From: Longimicrobiales bacterium
GTDB taxonomy: Bacteria > Gemmatimonadota > Gemmatimonadetes > Longimicrobiales > RSA9
Assembly: GCA_038257485.1 (NCBI GenBank)
Contig: JBBSJG010000002.1
Location: 1-53,205, forward strand
Reading direction: 5' to 3'
Length of the DNA: 53,205 nucleotides
A program made the position numbers and the translations under genes. Shown piece by piece: positions 1 through 8,952 of the stretch (positions within the stretch are counted from its first letter, which is position 1; every line of letters starts with the position of its first letter). The notes under the pieces are model-generated. The model saw only the letters and a list, made by a program, of their open reading frames with translations. It was not told the DNA's origin and did not search any database.

Positions 1-141
1 ATCCTGCTCGACATCGGACGCCGCGAAGTGGCCGGTGCCGTCTTCGTCCGCATACCGCTCGTTCAGGTCCGCCGTCAGCAGTTCGATCAGCTGATGACCC
101 GCCGGCGGGATCTCGTGCGCCCGCGTGATGCGCAGCGTCAC
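1..141 (-). CDS. GNAT-family N-acetyltransferase, first 47 codons only (gene runs off the left edge)
   Basis: Absent from the ORF track because it has no stop inside the window. Reverse-strand GTG at 141-139 overlaps the TGA of the upstream gene (GTGA). The translation VTLRITRAHEIPPAGHQLIELLTADLNERYADEDGTGHFAASDVEQD resembles the start of GNAT acetyltransferases. Third-position GC is high. Confidence 0.45.
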   Translation of the reverse strand, partial: MTLRITRAHEIPPAGHQLIELLTADLNERYADEDGTGHFAASDVEQD

Positions 142-743
142 CTGCCGCTGCCCGCCGGACGAAGCGTGTCGATCTGCTCATGGATAACCTTGCGCAGCTG
201 CAGCGGCTGCGAAACCATCGAGAAGCTCTCTTTCGTGCCGCCCGTACCCTGCACCGTCACGGTACCATAGCCGAGAATGCGGCCGAACAGGCTCTGGTCC
301 ACGGACACCGCTTCGACCTTCTCGAGCAGTGTCTCCATCGTGCGACGACTTACGACCCCTCGTTTCGCGATCAGACGGCGGGTCGTGATGACGAACTCCG
401 TGCTCGACCCCTTCATATACGCGATCGCACCGAGGATCCCCGACAGTCCCGCCAGCGCGATCGCAACCGGTTCATAGACGAACCACGAGCCGACGGCCAG
501 CAGGAACACCGCGACCGCCTGACTGTAGATCGACCAGTGAATCTTCGCGCGGTAGATAGGATCCTCATCACGCGTCATGCTTTCCGCCGACGCGTAGCTC
601 GCGTCTACCCGGGATGCGACGGCGGACACGCCAATCTCAGCGAACCCGACCCGACGCGTCGGATCGGGGACGCCGCAGCGCGGACATGCCGCGGCCTCCG
701 TACTCACCTGACTGCCACATTCGCGGCATGCCTGCAACGCCAT
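138..743 (-). CDS. membrane protein with N-terminal zinc ribbon and bacterial PH (bPH_2, YdbS/YdbT-like) domain
   Basis: 201-aa ORF. CxxC..CxxC (CRECGSQV..CPRCG) is followed by two hydrophobic helices. Then comes EFVITTRRLIAKRGVVSRR..VDQSLFGRILGYGTVTV, which is typical of bPH_2 domains. The stop is coupled to the next gene. Confidence 0.75.
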   Translation of the reverse strand: MALQACRECGSQVSTEAAACPRCGVPDPTRRVGFAEIGVSAVASRVDASYASAESMTRDEDPIYRAKIHWSIYSQAVAVFLLAVGSWFVYEPVAIALAGLSGILGAIAYMKGSSTEFVITTRRLIAKRGVVSRRTMETLLEKVEAVSVDQSLFGRILGYGTVTVQGTGGTKESFSMVSQPLQLRKVIHEQIDTLRPAGSGR

Positions 744-767
744 GCACCCTCCTCGTGTCGTCTATCC

Positions 768-1157
768 CTACAGCTTCATCGTGATAATCGCCTGCCTGCA
801 CACCGGCTCGCAGTCATCTCCATTCGGCCGCGTCTCCTGGTACGTCACCGTCGCCGCGCGCCGCACCGTCCGATCCGGCAGTCGAATTTCAACCTGCACA
901 TTCTGTGATGTAACCCCTGCTACAAAAGTGCCGCCCGTGCACGGACTGGTTGGATTGCATGTGACCAGCGTTTCCTTGCCGCCTGACTGCACCGCGACGG
1001 TGTACGAAGCGGGGGCGACACCGTCGATCCGCACGATCAATCCGTCGCTGCAACCGATCAATGTGCACTTCTCCTCGATGTCCAACGCATTGCATGACAC
1101 GAAGAGCGCGGACGCAGCCAGCAGCATGATCAGTCGCATCGTTCCCTGCTTTCGCAC
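768..1157 (-). CDS. small Cys-rich lipoprotein, unknown function
   Basis: 129-aa ORF with a signal peptide and lipobox (LLAASALFVSC) and seven further Cys. An alternative ATG lies at 1139 (MRLIML). Confidence 0.65.
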   Translation of the reverse strand: MRKQGTMRLIMLLAASALFVSCNALDIEEKCTLIGCSDGLIVRIDGVAPASYTVAVQSGGKETLVTCNPTSPCTGGTFVAGVTSQNVQVEIRLPDRTVRRAATVTYQETRPNGDDCEPVCRQAIITMKL

Positions 1158-1654
1158 TATTTCGAGCCGCCGGCCATGCGACTCATCAGCACCAGCTGAC
1201 CCGCATGGTAGAGTGCATGCTGAATCGCACCGTGCAGAAGTGTATACTTCGTATAGCTCTGACCCGTCATGGATTGCTTCAGGATCGCGTCGTCCGCCCC
1301 GTCGAGCGCATTCTGCAGCGCGTCATGCGCGGAGTGCAGTCGCTCCATTGCATCCTCCCAGGCAGCTGACCCCTCGCCAGTCGGCGGAGGCCAGTCCTGC
1401 ACGTCCGTCAAGCGCGCGGGCTCGCCCGCTATGCGACGGCGAGCCGCGTCCAGCCACGCCGCGATGTGAAGCACAATCTCGCACGCACTGTGACCATCCG
1501 CATACGGACGCGTGCCGCTATGCTTGACCGCCACGGACTCCATTGCTTCGGTTACCGACGGGCCGTGCCACGCATCGCCGTCTATGGCACGCCGCAGCTG
1601 GTCCTGAATTCGCTCGATCTCCGTTCGCATCTGCCCCCTTTTTTGTCGAGTCAT
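1157..1654 (-). CDS. DinB-family protein
   Basis: 165-aa ORF with a helical-bundle pattern. Spaced His residues (WHGPS, CEIVLHIAAW, HALYHAGQL) are as in DinB/DinB_2 proteins. Confidence 0.75.
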   Translation of the reverse strand: MTRQKRGQMRTEIERIQDQLRRAIDGDAWHGPSVTEAMESVAVKHSGTRPYADGHSACEIVLHIAAWLDAARRRIAGEPARLTDVQDWPPPTGEGSAAWEDAMERLHSAHDALQNALDGADDAILKQSMTGQSYTKYTLLHGAIQHALYHAGQLVLMSRMAGGSK

Positions 1655-1666
1655 AGACGCCCGGCG

Positions 1667-2323
1667 TCACGCCGCCCGTGCATCCGGGCCTTCGCGTGCA
1701 ACGTCCGCGCGCGCGGCCAACTCGGACTCTGCGTGAATCGACATCCCCAGATCGCGCAGGAGACCGTCCTGCACGCCATACACCCAGCCGTGCACCGACA
1801 GGGTCTGACCGCGGCTCCAGGCGTCCCGGATCACTGTCGTCTGCACGACGTTGACAACCTGCTCGACCACATTCAGCTCGCACAGGCGGTGGTGACGCGT
1901 TGCCTCGTCAGGCAGGGCATCGAGCTGCGACTGGTGCTTCCAACGAACGTCCTGGACGTGACGCAGCCAGTTGTCGACCAGCCCGAGCTTCGAATCCCGC
2001 AGCGCGGCCAGCACACCACCACAGTCGTAGTGACCGCATACGATAATGTGGCGAACCTTGAGTACGTCTACCGCGAACTGGATCGCGGACAGGCAGTTGA
2101 GGTCGGCGTGCACCACGACGTTGGCGACATTCCGATGGACGAACATCTCGCCCGGCAGCAGTCCTGTGATCTGGTTCGCCGGGACACGACTGTCCGAGCA
2201 CCCGATCCACAGGAACTCCGGGCCCTGCTGATGGAACAGGCGTTCGAAGAACGCGGGATCCTGCCGCGTCATCTCTCCCGCCCACGCGATGTTGTTGTCG
2301 AACAGATGATCCAGTGCGCGCAT
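1667..2323 (-). CDS. can: beta-class carbonic anhydrase
   Basis: Colinear with E. coli Can from memory: FLWIGCSDSRVPAN, FVHRNVAN, VCGHYDCGG, LCELNVVEQV. ATG at 2323; the track starts at GTG 2326. Confidence 0.93.
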   Translation of the reverse strand: MRALDHLFDNNIAWAGEMTRQDPAFFERLFHQQGPEFLWIGCSDSRVPANQITGLLPGEMFVHRNVANVVVHADLNCLSAIQFAVDVLKVRHIIVCGHYDCGGVLAALRDSKLGLVDNWLRHVQDVRWKHQSQLDALPDEATRHHRLCELNVVEQVVNVVQTTVIRDAWSRGQTLSVHGWVYGVQDGLLRDLGMSIHAESELAARADVAREGPDARAA

Positions 2324-2332
2324 CACGTATCC

Positions 2333-2530
2333 TTATTTGGCCTTCAATACATCATACTTGAGAAACATGATGCCGCTCTTCGCGTAGTGATGATGCCCCA
2401 TCAGACGGAGCTTGTGACTCGCTGCCGGCGAAGGCAGCATCGGCGTGCCACCACCGAGCACGACCGGGATGATGGCAGGCTCAACCGTGTCTACGCAATC
2501 GTTCGCACAGTCATCCTCATCTCGCAGCGG
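2333..2530 (-). pseudogene. C-terminal remnant of a RibD_C / dihydrofolate-reductase-family protein
   Basis: Stop-to-stop frame of 65 codons with no plausible start. It translates to ..NDCVDTVEPAIIPVVLGGGTPMLPSPAASHKLRLMGHHHYAKSGIMFLKYDVLKAK*. This matches the conserved C-terminal (L)vDEl.l.i.PvvLGgG..lf...l.l......sGvv.l.Y pattern of that family. The N-terminal roughly 100 residues are missing. Confidence 0.4.
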
Positions 2531-2626
2531 TCAAGACCTTCGGAATAGCCGTTCGGGATGACTTCCGTCAGCATCCGGCCGAGACCCAGGCCGTGCATGT
2601 CCTGCTGAACGGCAGGCATGCATCGA

Positions 2627-3295
2627 TCAGCCGATCTGCATGCCTACGGCGATTGCATGACACACACTGCCGCCCAGCACGAACAGGTGCCACACCGCGT
2701 GCGCGTACGGGACGCGGCGGCTGTGATAGAAGAGCGTGCCACCCGTATAGAACACGCCGCCGGCCACCAGCCACAGCAGTGTCGTCGGCGTCAATCGCTG
2801 CATCATCGGAATCGCCGCGACCACGATCAGCCACCCCATTCCAATGTAGATCGCCGTCGACAGACGCATCAGGCGGCCGGTCGTGAAAAGCTTGAAGATC
2901 ACCCCCGCGAACGCCATCGCCCAGATCACACCCAGCAGGCTCCATCCCCACCCGCCACGCAACGCCCCCAGCATGAAGGGTGTGTACGTTCCGGCAATCA
3001 GCAAATAGATCGCGCAGTGGTCAAGCACCTGCAGACGCGCGCGCGCACGCACCGACTTCGCCGTGTGATACAGCGTCGACGCGGTGTACAGGAGGATGAG
3101 CGTTCCTCCGAAAATCGCACTGCCCGTGACGTGCCACGCACTGCCACGCGCGACCGACAGCCACACCAGCACACCAGTCGCCACGATGCTCGCGACAACG
3201 CCAAGGCCGTGCGTTATGCTGTTCGCCAGCGCCTCGCGCCTCGCGATCAACGCCACGTCGGCACCCCCCGCCGGAGGGTCATCAATGTTCACCAT
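2627..3295 (-). CDS. hemolysin III / PAQR family membrane protein
   Basis: 7-TM protein with NSITHG, LDHCAIYLLIAGTYTPF and HAVWHLFVLGGSVCH motifs. The track ORF runs to 3484, but the family-typical start is ATG 3295 (MVNIDDPP). Confidence 0.88.
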   Translation of the reverse strand: MVNIDDPPAGGADVALIARREALANSITHGLGVVASIVATGVLVWLSVARGSAWHVTGSAIFGGTLILLYTASTLYHTAKSVRARARLQVLDHCAIYLLIAGTYTPFMLGALRGGWGWSLLGVIWAMAFAGVIFKLFTTGRLMRLSTAIYIGMGWLIVVAAIPMMQRLTPTTLLWLVAGGVFYTGGTLFYHSRRVPYAHAVWHLFVLGGSVCHAIAVGMQIG

Positions 3296-3550
3296 ACTCG
3301 CTTCCACCTCTGGTAACGCGGCCACTCTAATATACCTCACCCCGTAGCGCGACTGAAGTACATCGAATTGTGCACGACTCCGATGCTCCCCATCCGCACT
3401 GCAGACTTGGGGGGTGGTCGGATAACTGTATATGTACCAATGGCTTTTCAAGCCAAAGTCAACGGGGGCGTAGAGTTTTCGCACGATTTGCGTTACATTG
3501 TGGAAATGTCTCCCGCGGGGGAGCGGTCAGATGATTGAAAGGATGGCGAA

Positions 3551-3817
3551 ATGATTTACGGCAACAGCTCCAAGCGGCTCCGCCATGAAGATCTTCACGT
3601 CGACATCACCGGACGCGAAGCGTGGGTTTCCGGCCTCGATCGCGCGCCGCGCGTGGGTCAGCAGGTGTACTGCACGCAGGGCCTCGCGAGTGTGAGTCGC
3701 GTGCTCGGCAAGACGAGCGATGGTGGGCGTCTGCTCGAGCTGCGTCTCGCGGACACGGCACCGCCGTTTTTTGCTGCCGCATCGAACGTCCTGGTCGACC
3801 CGGCAGAAGCACCGTAG
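3551..3817 (+). CDS. hypothetical protein (88 aa)
   Basis: ATG start after an AT-richer intergenic region. GC3 is high and a strong terminator follows. No family recognised. Confidence 0.55.
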   Translation: MIYGNSSKRLRHEDLHVDITGREAWVSGLDRAPRVGQQVYCTQGLASVSRVLGKTSDGGRLLELRLADTAPPFFAAASNVLVDPAEAP

Positions 3818-3840
3818 TCATCCGCCGATCAAGATTATGA

Positions 3841-3877
3841 AAAGAGCCGTCGCGGTTGCGACGGCTCTTTCTTTTTG
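3841..3877. terminator. bidirectional rho-independent terminator
   Basis: Perfect 13-bp stem aaagagccgtcgc / gcgacggctcttt with loop ggtt, followed by ctttttg. It sits between convergent genes ending at 3817 (+) and 3911 (-). Confidence 0.75.
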
Positions 3878-3910
3878 TCCGCAGGTTGGCAGCACTGTCC
3901 GAGGCCGACC

Positions 3911-4771
3911 TCAGCGCGTCGACCCCGCCTCGTACATTTCTCGGTTCTTCGCTTCTTCACGGTCCTCGCGGTTGGACCATCGGAAGAACATGATGGTAAT
4001 GGCGATCCAGAACAGTCCCATCCCGGGCACCCACATGATCAGGCCGCCGGTCTGCTGGTCGTCGATGACGCTCATGTTGAACAGGCGAGGTGATGCCGCA
4101 TACCACGGGTAGAGGACGTCGGGCGCGAGTGTGATCAGCGCCGAGACGATCGACATCGGGATGCTGAATGCAAACATGTAGAGGAGCCGGACGGGCGGCT
4201 CCATGCGTGCCAGCTCCGGCACGGGTCGGATGACTGGATACCACATGATGGTCGCCGCCGCGATGAACATGACGTGCTGAACGATGTGCGTGACGTGCTG
4301 TTCCAGTGCCCAGTTGTACAAGAACGGGAAATGCCATCCGATGAAGACGATGTTGTAGATGGCAAATGCAACGAGCGGATTGTTGAGTGCGCGCGCGCTC
4401 GCATTGATCCAGCGATAGCGCAGGATCGGTCGGATCAGCCACGCGGGCAGCGCCATCAGCCAGAGCGGCGGACAGAGCAGCGTGATGATCAGGTGCTGCA
4501 CCATGTGCGCACTGAACAGGAACGAGTCGGAGAGGTCGTGCAGCGGCCCGTTCAGCGACAGGAACAGCAGGACCGTTCCGCCGATGAAGGAAACGACCTG
4601 AATGGGCTCTACGGGTTCGTCGGAGAGCTTGAACTTCCGGCGCAGCGGACCGATGGCGTAGAGGTACGCACCGATCCAGGCGAGACAACCGATGAGAACG
4701 GACGGGTGGATGGTCCACGTCGTCCATGAAAATGTCTCATCCCCGTGCAGCAGTGCTAGCGAATACAACAT
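3911..4771 (-). CDS. ctaG: cytochrome c oxidase assembly factor CtaG (caa3-type)
   Basis: 286-aa polytopic membrane protein with HMVQHLIITLLCPPLWL and QHVMFIAAATIMWYP motifs. It is the last gene of the oxidase cluster. Confidence 0.85.
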   Translation of the reverse strand: MLYSLALLHGDETFSWTTWTIHPSVLIGCLAWIGAYLYAIGPLRRKFKLSDEPVEPIQVVSFIGGTVLLFLSLNGPLHDLSDSFLFSAHMVQHLIITLLCPPLWLMALPAWLIRPILRYRWINASARALNNPLVAFAIYNIVFIGWHFPFLYNWALEQHVTHIVQHVMFIAAATIMWYPVIRPVPELARMEPPVRLLYMFAFSIPMSIVSALITLAPDVLYPWYAASPRLFNMSVIDDQQTGGLIMWVPGMGLFWIAITIMFFRWSNREDREEAKNREMYEAGSTR

Positions 4772-4814
4772 ACTCCGAATTCCCGGACCGGCCTCAGCCG
4801 GTCCCTGCTACCAG

Positions 4815-5168
4815 CTACCAGGCGAACTTCGGCAGCCACTTGAACAGCATGATCATGCCGACCACTACCAGGACGGCCAGGAAGAGCGGGCCGAAGAAGA
4901 CCCGGCTCAGCACTTTGTTGTCATAGCGCAGGTGCATGAAGAACTGCACGACCGTTACGAACTTCACCACCGACAGCACGATGAGCAGCGGGATCAGGAT
5001 GCCTTCGAGCGCCTTGATGTAGAAGATCACCACTTCCACGGCGGTGATCAGCGTCAGGATGATCCCCACGATCACGTATGTGCGCGCGCTGCCGTGCGCC
5101 ACCTCGGCGGGTGCCGTCGTCATATCGTGATCGGGCGCGCCGTGCGCGTGTGCGTGTGAATCGGCCAT
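4815..5168 (-). CDS. ctaF: cytochrome c oxidase subunit IV (prokaryotic CtaF type)
   Basis: 117-aa three-helix protein with VKFVTVVQFFMHLRYD. It lies immediately downstream of subunit III. Confidence 0.85.
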   Translation of the reverse strand: MADSHAHAHGAPDHDMTTAPAEVAHGSARTYVIVGIILTLITAVEVVIFYIKALEGILIPLLIVLSVVKFVTVVQFFMHLRYDNKVLSRVFFGPLFLAVLVVVGMIMLFKWLPKFAW

Positions 5169-5179
5169 CGGTACTACTC

Positions 5180-5812
5180 CTACTTGATCAGGTAGATCAG
5201 CGTGAAGATCACGATCCAGACAATGTCGACGAAGTGCCAGTACAGGCCTGCAATCTCGAGGCGCAGCGACTCACGTGGCCCCATGCGGCCGCGCATCATG
5301 TCGACTGCGAGCATGAGCAGCCACATCACGCCGATCGAAACGTGCGCGCCGTGGAATCCCGTCAGCACGAAGAACGTCGAGCCGAACAGGTTCTTCTGGA
5401 GCGTAAGGCCTTCGTGATAGAAATGTGTGAACTCGAATGCCTGGAAGCCCAGGAAGATCAAGCCGAGACCCGCCGTCAACAGCGTGTAGATGATCGCCTT
5501 CTTGCGCGTGGTGTGCTGCAATGCATCCAGCGCGAGCACCATGGCGAGAGAACTCATCAGGAGCACGAACGTCGATGCGGACGTGATCGGAATGTCCAGC
5601 AGCTCCGATGCGTACGGACCGACCACGCTCTCGTTCTTGTAGACCATGTACGCCGCGATGAGCGTACCGAAGAACAGGGTCTCGGATCCGAGGAATACCC
5701 AGAAGCCCAGCTTCCACATCGAGATGCCCGTCGTCGTATAGGGCACCGCGTGTGCATGGCCGTCATGGCCGTCGTGGCCGTGTGTCGTTGTTACCGCGTC
5801 TGCCTGCGCCAC
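5180..5812 (-). CDS. ctaE: cytochrome c oxidase subunit III
   Basis: FLGSETLFFGTLIAAY, GFHGAHVSIGV, YWHFVDIVWIVIF. Confidence 0.95.
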   Translation of the reverse strand: MAQADAVTTTHGHDGHDGHAHAVPYTTTGISMWKLGFWVFLGSETLFFGTLIAAYMVYKNESVVGPYASELLDIPITSASTFVLLMSSLAMVLALDALQHTTRKKAIIYTLLTAGLGLIFLGFQAFEFTHFYHEGLTLQKNLFGSTFFVLTGFHGAHVSIGVMWLLMLAVDMMRGRMGPRESLRLEIAGLYWHFVDIVWIVIFTLIYLIK

Positions 5813-5828
5813 AAAAAGTTCCTCGTTG

Positions 5829-7649
5829 TCAGTGCGTAGGCTCGTAGGCCCAGTTGATCGTCGCGATGATCAGCCACGTCATGCCGATGAGCGGTGCCCA
5901 CCAGATTCCGGTCATGAAGAGTGCGACCGTGAGTATGACGCCCCCGGAAGTGATCAGCGGCCAGTAAGACGACGGCGGCATATGGATGTTCGGTTCCATC
6001 TCGCCCCGCGCCGCATCTTCGACGGCTTCCGCCTCGAGCCACAGCGGTTCACGCGTGTGAACCACCGGCAGGCGGTTGAAGTTGTGCTCCGCCGGCGGCG
6101 AAGAAGTGGCCCACTCGAGTGTCGCCGCGCCCCACGGATTCGTTCCGGACGCTTTCCCCCGCTTCATGCTCCACAGGATGTTGGCGATGAAGACGAGCAC
6201 GGCCAGTGCCTGGAACAGCACACCAACCGTGGACAGCATGTTCAACCCGCCGAGGTTCAGCTCAGCCGAGTATGTGAATGTGCGGCGAGGCATGCCGAGC
6301 AGGCCGATCCAGTGCTGTGGCATGAATGTCATGTTGAAGCCGAGCACGAAGATCCAGAAATGAATCTTGCCGAGCGTCTCGCTCATCATCTTGCCCGTCA
6401 GCTTCGGGAACCAGTAGTAGACGGATCCGAAGATCGCGAAGATGAGGCCGCCGATGAGGACGTAGTGGAAGTGAGCAACGACGAAGTAGGTATCGGTCTG
6501 CTGCAGGTCATGCGGTGAGGTAGCGTGCATGACGCCGGAGACGCCGCCGATCGTGAACTCGATCAGCATGCCCACTGCAAACAGCATGGCGGTGGTAAAG
6601 CGGATGGACCCGCCGAACATCGTCGCCATCCAGTTGAAGATCTTCACGCCAGTCGGGATGGCGATGATCATCGTGGAGATGGTAAAGAACGTATCGGCAA
6701 TGGGACCCATGCCGGTTGCGAACATGTGGTGTGCCCATACGCCCCAGCCGATGAGGCCGATCAGCGACGCCGAGTACACCATGACTGCGTAGCCGAAGAG
6801 CGGCTTGCGCGAGAATGTCGGGATGATCTCCGACACGATGCCGAATGCCGGCAGGATCAGGATGTAGACTTCAGGGTGACCGAACATCCAGAAGATGTGC
6901 TGCCACACCATCGGGTCACCGCCCGCCATGGTCTGGAAGAAATTGGTGTCCCACCAGCGGTCGAACGTGATCATGAACAGCGCGACTGCGAACACCGGCA
7001 GTGCCGTCGCGATCAGGAAGGACGTGATGAACGCCATCCATGTGAACAGCGGCATGCGCATGAGCGTCATGCCGGGGCATCGCATGTTGATGATCGTAGT
7101 GATGAAGTTGACAGCACCCATGATCGATGCGGCGCCGAGCGCCTGCAGGCCGAGTGCCCAGAAGTCCGTATTGAGACCCGGTGAATAGTCGCGGGACGTC
7201 AGGTTGGCGTAGCCGAACCAGCCCGCGTTCGGCGCTGCGTCGAAGAGCCAGGACGAGTTCATGAACAACGCGCCGAGCAGGAATATCCAGAACGACAGCG
7301 CGTTCAGCCGCGGGAACGCGACGTCACGTGCGCCGATCTGGAGCGGCACGATGTAGTTGAAGAGTGCGACGGCGATCGGCATGCCGACCATGAACACCAT
7401 GGTCGTGCCGTGCATCGTGAACAGCGAGTTGTACGTCTCCGCTGTCAGGAACGTGTTCTCGGGCTTCGCGAGCTGGATCCGGATCAGCGTCGCCTCGAGG
7501 CCGCCGACCAGCATGAAGAACAGCGCCGTGACGCCGTACATGATGCCGATCTTCTTGTGGTCTACCGTCGTCATCAGGTCCCAGATCAGCGATTTCTTCT
7601 TCGCTGTCGGGTGGCCTGTGGACGGGACATGTGCTGCGATGGTCGCCAT
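5829..7649 (-). CDS. ctaD: cytochrome c oxidase subunit I
   Basis: 606 aa with WMFGHPEVYILILPAFG, WAHHMF and HFHYVLIGG heme/CuB ligand motifs. Confidence 0.97.
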   Translation of the reverse strand: MATIAAHVPSTGHPTAKKKSLIWDLMTTVDHKKIGIMYGVTALFFMLVGGLEATLIRIQLAKPENTFLTAETYNSLFTMHGTTMVFMVGMPIAVALFNYIVPLQIGARDVAFPRLNALSFWIFLLGALFMNSSWLFDAAPNAGWFGYANLTSRDYSPGLNTDFWALGLQALGAASIMGAVNFITTIINMRCPGMTLMRMPLFTWMAFITSFLIATALPVFAVALFMITFDRWWDTNFFQTMAGGDPMVWQHIFWMFGHPEVYILILPAFGIVSEIIPTFSRKPLFGYAVMVYSASLIGLIGWGVWAHHMFATGMGPIADTFFTISTMIIAIPTGVKIFNWMATMFGGSIRFTTAMLFAVGMLIEFTIGGVSGVMHATSPHDLQQTDTYFVVAHFHYVLIGGLIFAIFGSVYYWFPKLTGKMMSETLGKIHFWIFVLGFNMTFMPQHWIGLLGMPRRTFTYSAELNLGGLNMLSTVGVLFQALAVLVFIANILWSMKRGKASGTNPWGAATLEWATSSPPAEHNFNRLPVVHTREPLWLEAEAVEDAARGEMEPNIHMPPSSYWPLITSGGVILTVALFMTGIWWAPLIGMTWLIIATINWAYEPTH

Positions 7650-7673
7650 ATGCTTTCAGCTCGTGTTCGATTG

Positions 7674-8894
7674 CTACTTCAGGCTCTTCAGATACCGCGC
7701 GATCGCATAGACCTGCGCATCGCTCAGACCCGTTGGTGCCGCGCCACTCTTGCCCGCCTGCATTGTCCCCGGCATCAGCGCGCCCGGCTTCATTGCATTC
7801 GGATTGTGGATCCACTTCTGTATGTTCTCGAGTGTCGCCGGCGCCACGCCGGCACCCACCTTTGGACGCTGTCCGAAATTGGTCAGGCTCGGTCCGAGCA
7901 CACCCGCTGCGGTTGTGCCGGCGATCTTGTGACACGCGATGCACTGTGAGGCGAGGAAAATCTTCTTGCCTTCCGCCGCCCACACCGAATCCGGGATCTC
8001 GGCGAGGACCGGCGAACCGATCCCCGTCGGTGCCGGCATGTCCAGGCTCAGCTTCGGCGCACCGGCAGGTGCTGCGGGTGCCTGCGCGACAGGGACCGTC
8101 GCCGATGTATTGGAGGCCAGCGCGACCGCCGTCGCATTCGGCTGTGCAGGCGCGACCTGGGCGCCCGCTGGCTTCATGCCCGCGGCCCATGCATCGAACG
8201 CGGCCGGCGACACCGCCATCGCATCGATCCCCATGAGCGCATGCGAATCGCCGCAGAACTCGGCACACTGACCGCTGAATGAGCCCGTATCCCGTACTGT
8301 GAACAGCAGGTGGTTCCGCTTGTCCATCTCGCCTTCGCGCGAGCGAGGCACCGGATTCACGTCACGCTTGCCGCCGAATCGCGGGATCCAGAAGCTGTGA
8401 ATGACATCCGCCGAGTGCATCACCAGGTGGATCGGGCGGCCCGTCGGGACCCACAGCTCGTTCGCCGTCACCACGCCCTGCTCCGGATACCGGAACTCCC
8501 ACCACCACTGATGGCCAATCACTTCGATCGTCAACGCATTGGCCGGCGGCTTCTGCTGCCACTTCAGCACTTCCCTCACTGTCGGGACCGTGATGGCAAT
8601 GATGATGAACGAGGGAATGATGGTCCAGGCCAGCTCCAGACCTGTATGGCCATGGACCGCCTTCGGACGGGCGTCGCCCGGACGTTCGCGGAACCGGAAT
8701 GCGATCGCGAGCGTCAGGACAATGACCAGCACGAGGATCGACATGGTCCACAGAAACGTGTTTGCAAACAGGATGTTCAGCGCATCACCGAAATCGGTGA
8801 CGGGCTGGAAGGTGGTCTGAGGGTATTCCACCTGTGCGGCAGCCCTCGACGCCTGGATCAGCAACATTCGGTTATCTCTGGTTGAGCACGGCAA
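7674..8894 (-). CDS. ctaC: cytochrome c oxidase subunit II with fused C-terminal cytochrome c domain (caa3 type)
   Basis: CuA site HSFWIP..CAEFCGDSHALM. An Ala/Pro linker precedes the heme-c motif CIACHKIAG..M. TTG 8894 is preceded by ggggagag; an alternative ATG lies at 8867. Confidence 0.93.
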   Translation of the reverse strand: MPCSTRDNRMLLIQASRAAAQVEYPQTTFQPVTDFGDALNILFANTFLWTMSILVLVIVLTLAIAFRFRERPGDARPKAVHGHTGLELAWTIIPSFIIIAITVPTVREVLKWQQKPPANALTIEVIGHQWWWEFRYPEQGVVTANELWVPTGRPIHLVMHSADVIHSFWIPRFGGKRDVNPVPRSREGEMDKRNHLLFTVRDTGSFSGQCAEFCGDSHALMGIDAMAVSPAAFDAWAAGMKPAGAQVAPAQPNATAVALASNTSATVPVAQAPAAPAGAPKLSLDMPAPTGIGSPVLAEIPDSVWAAEGKKIFLASQCIACHKIAGTTAAGVLGPSLTNFGQRPKVGAGVAPATLENIQKWIHNPNAMKPGALMPGTMQAGKSGAAPTGLSDAQVYAIARYLKSLK

Positions 8895-8952
8895 ATACCG
8901 CTCTCCCCACGACCGGGAAGGCGGCGAACGTTACCGTTTCGTGTGTGCGGGG

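Noticed and set aside
3426-3437. ctgtatatgtac, reminiscent of a LexA SOS box / GTA-N4-TAC palindrome in the hemolysin III upstream region
   Set aside because: It lacks the distal ACAG half-site of the CTGT-N8-ACAG box, and the palindrome is only 3+3 bp. It is indistinguishable from chance in an AT-richer spacer.
7324-8268. 314-aa minus-strand ORF in an alternative frame across the ctaD/ctaC junction
   Set aside because: It is same-strand but out of frame with two unmistakable oxidase subunits. The translation is Gly/Arg-rich nonsense.
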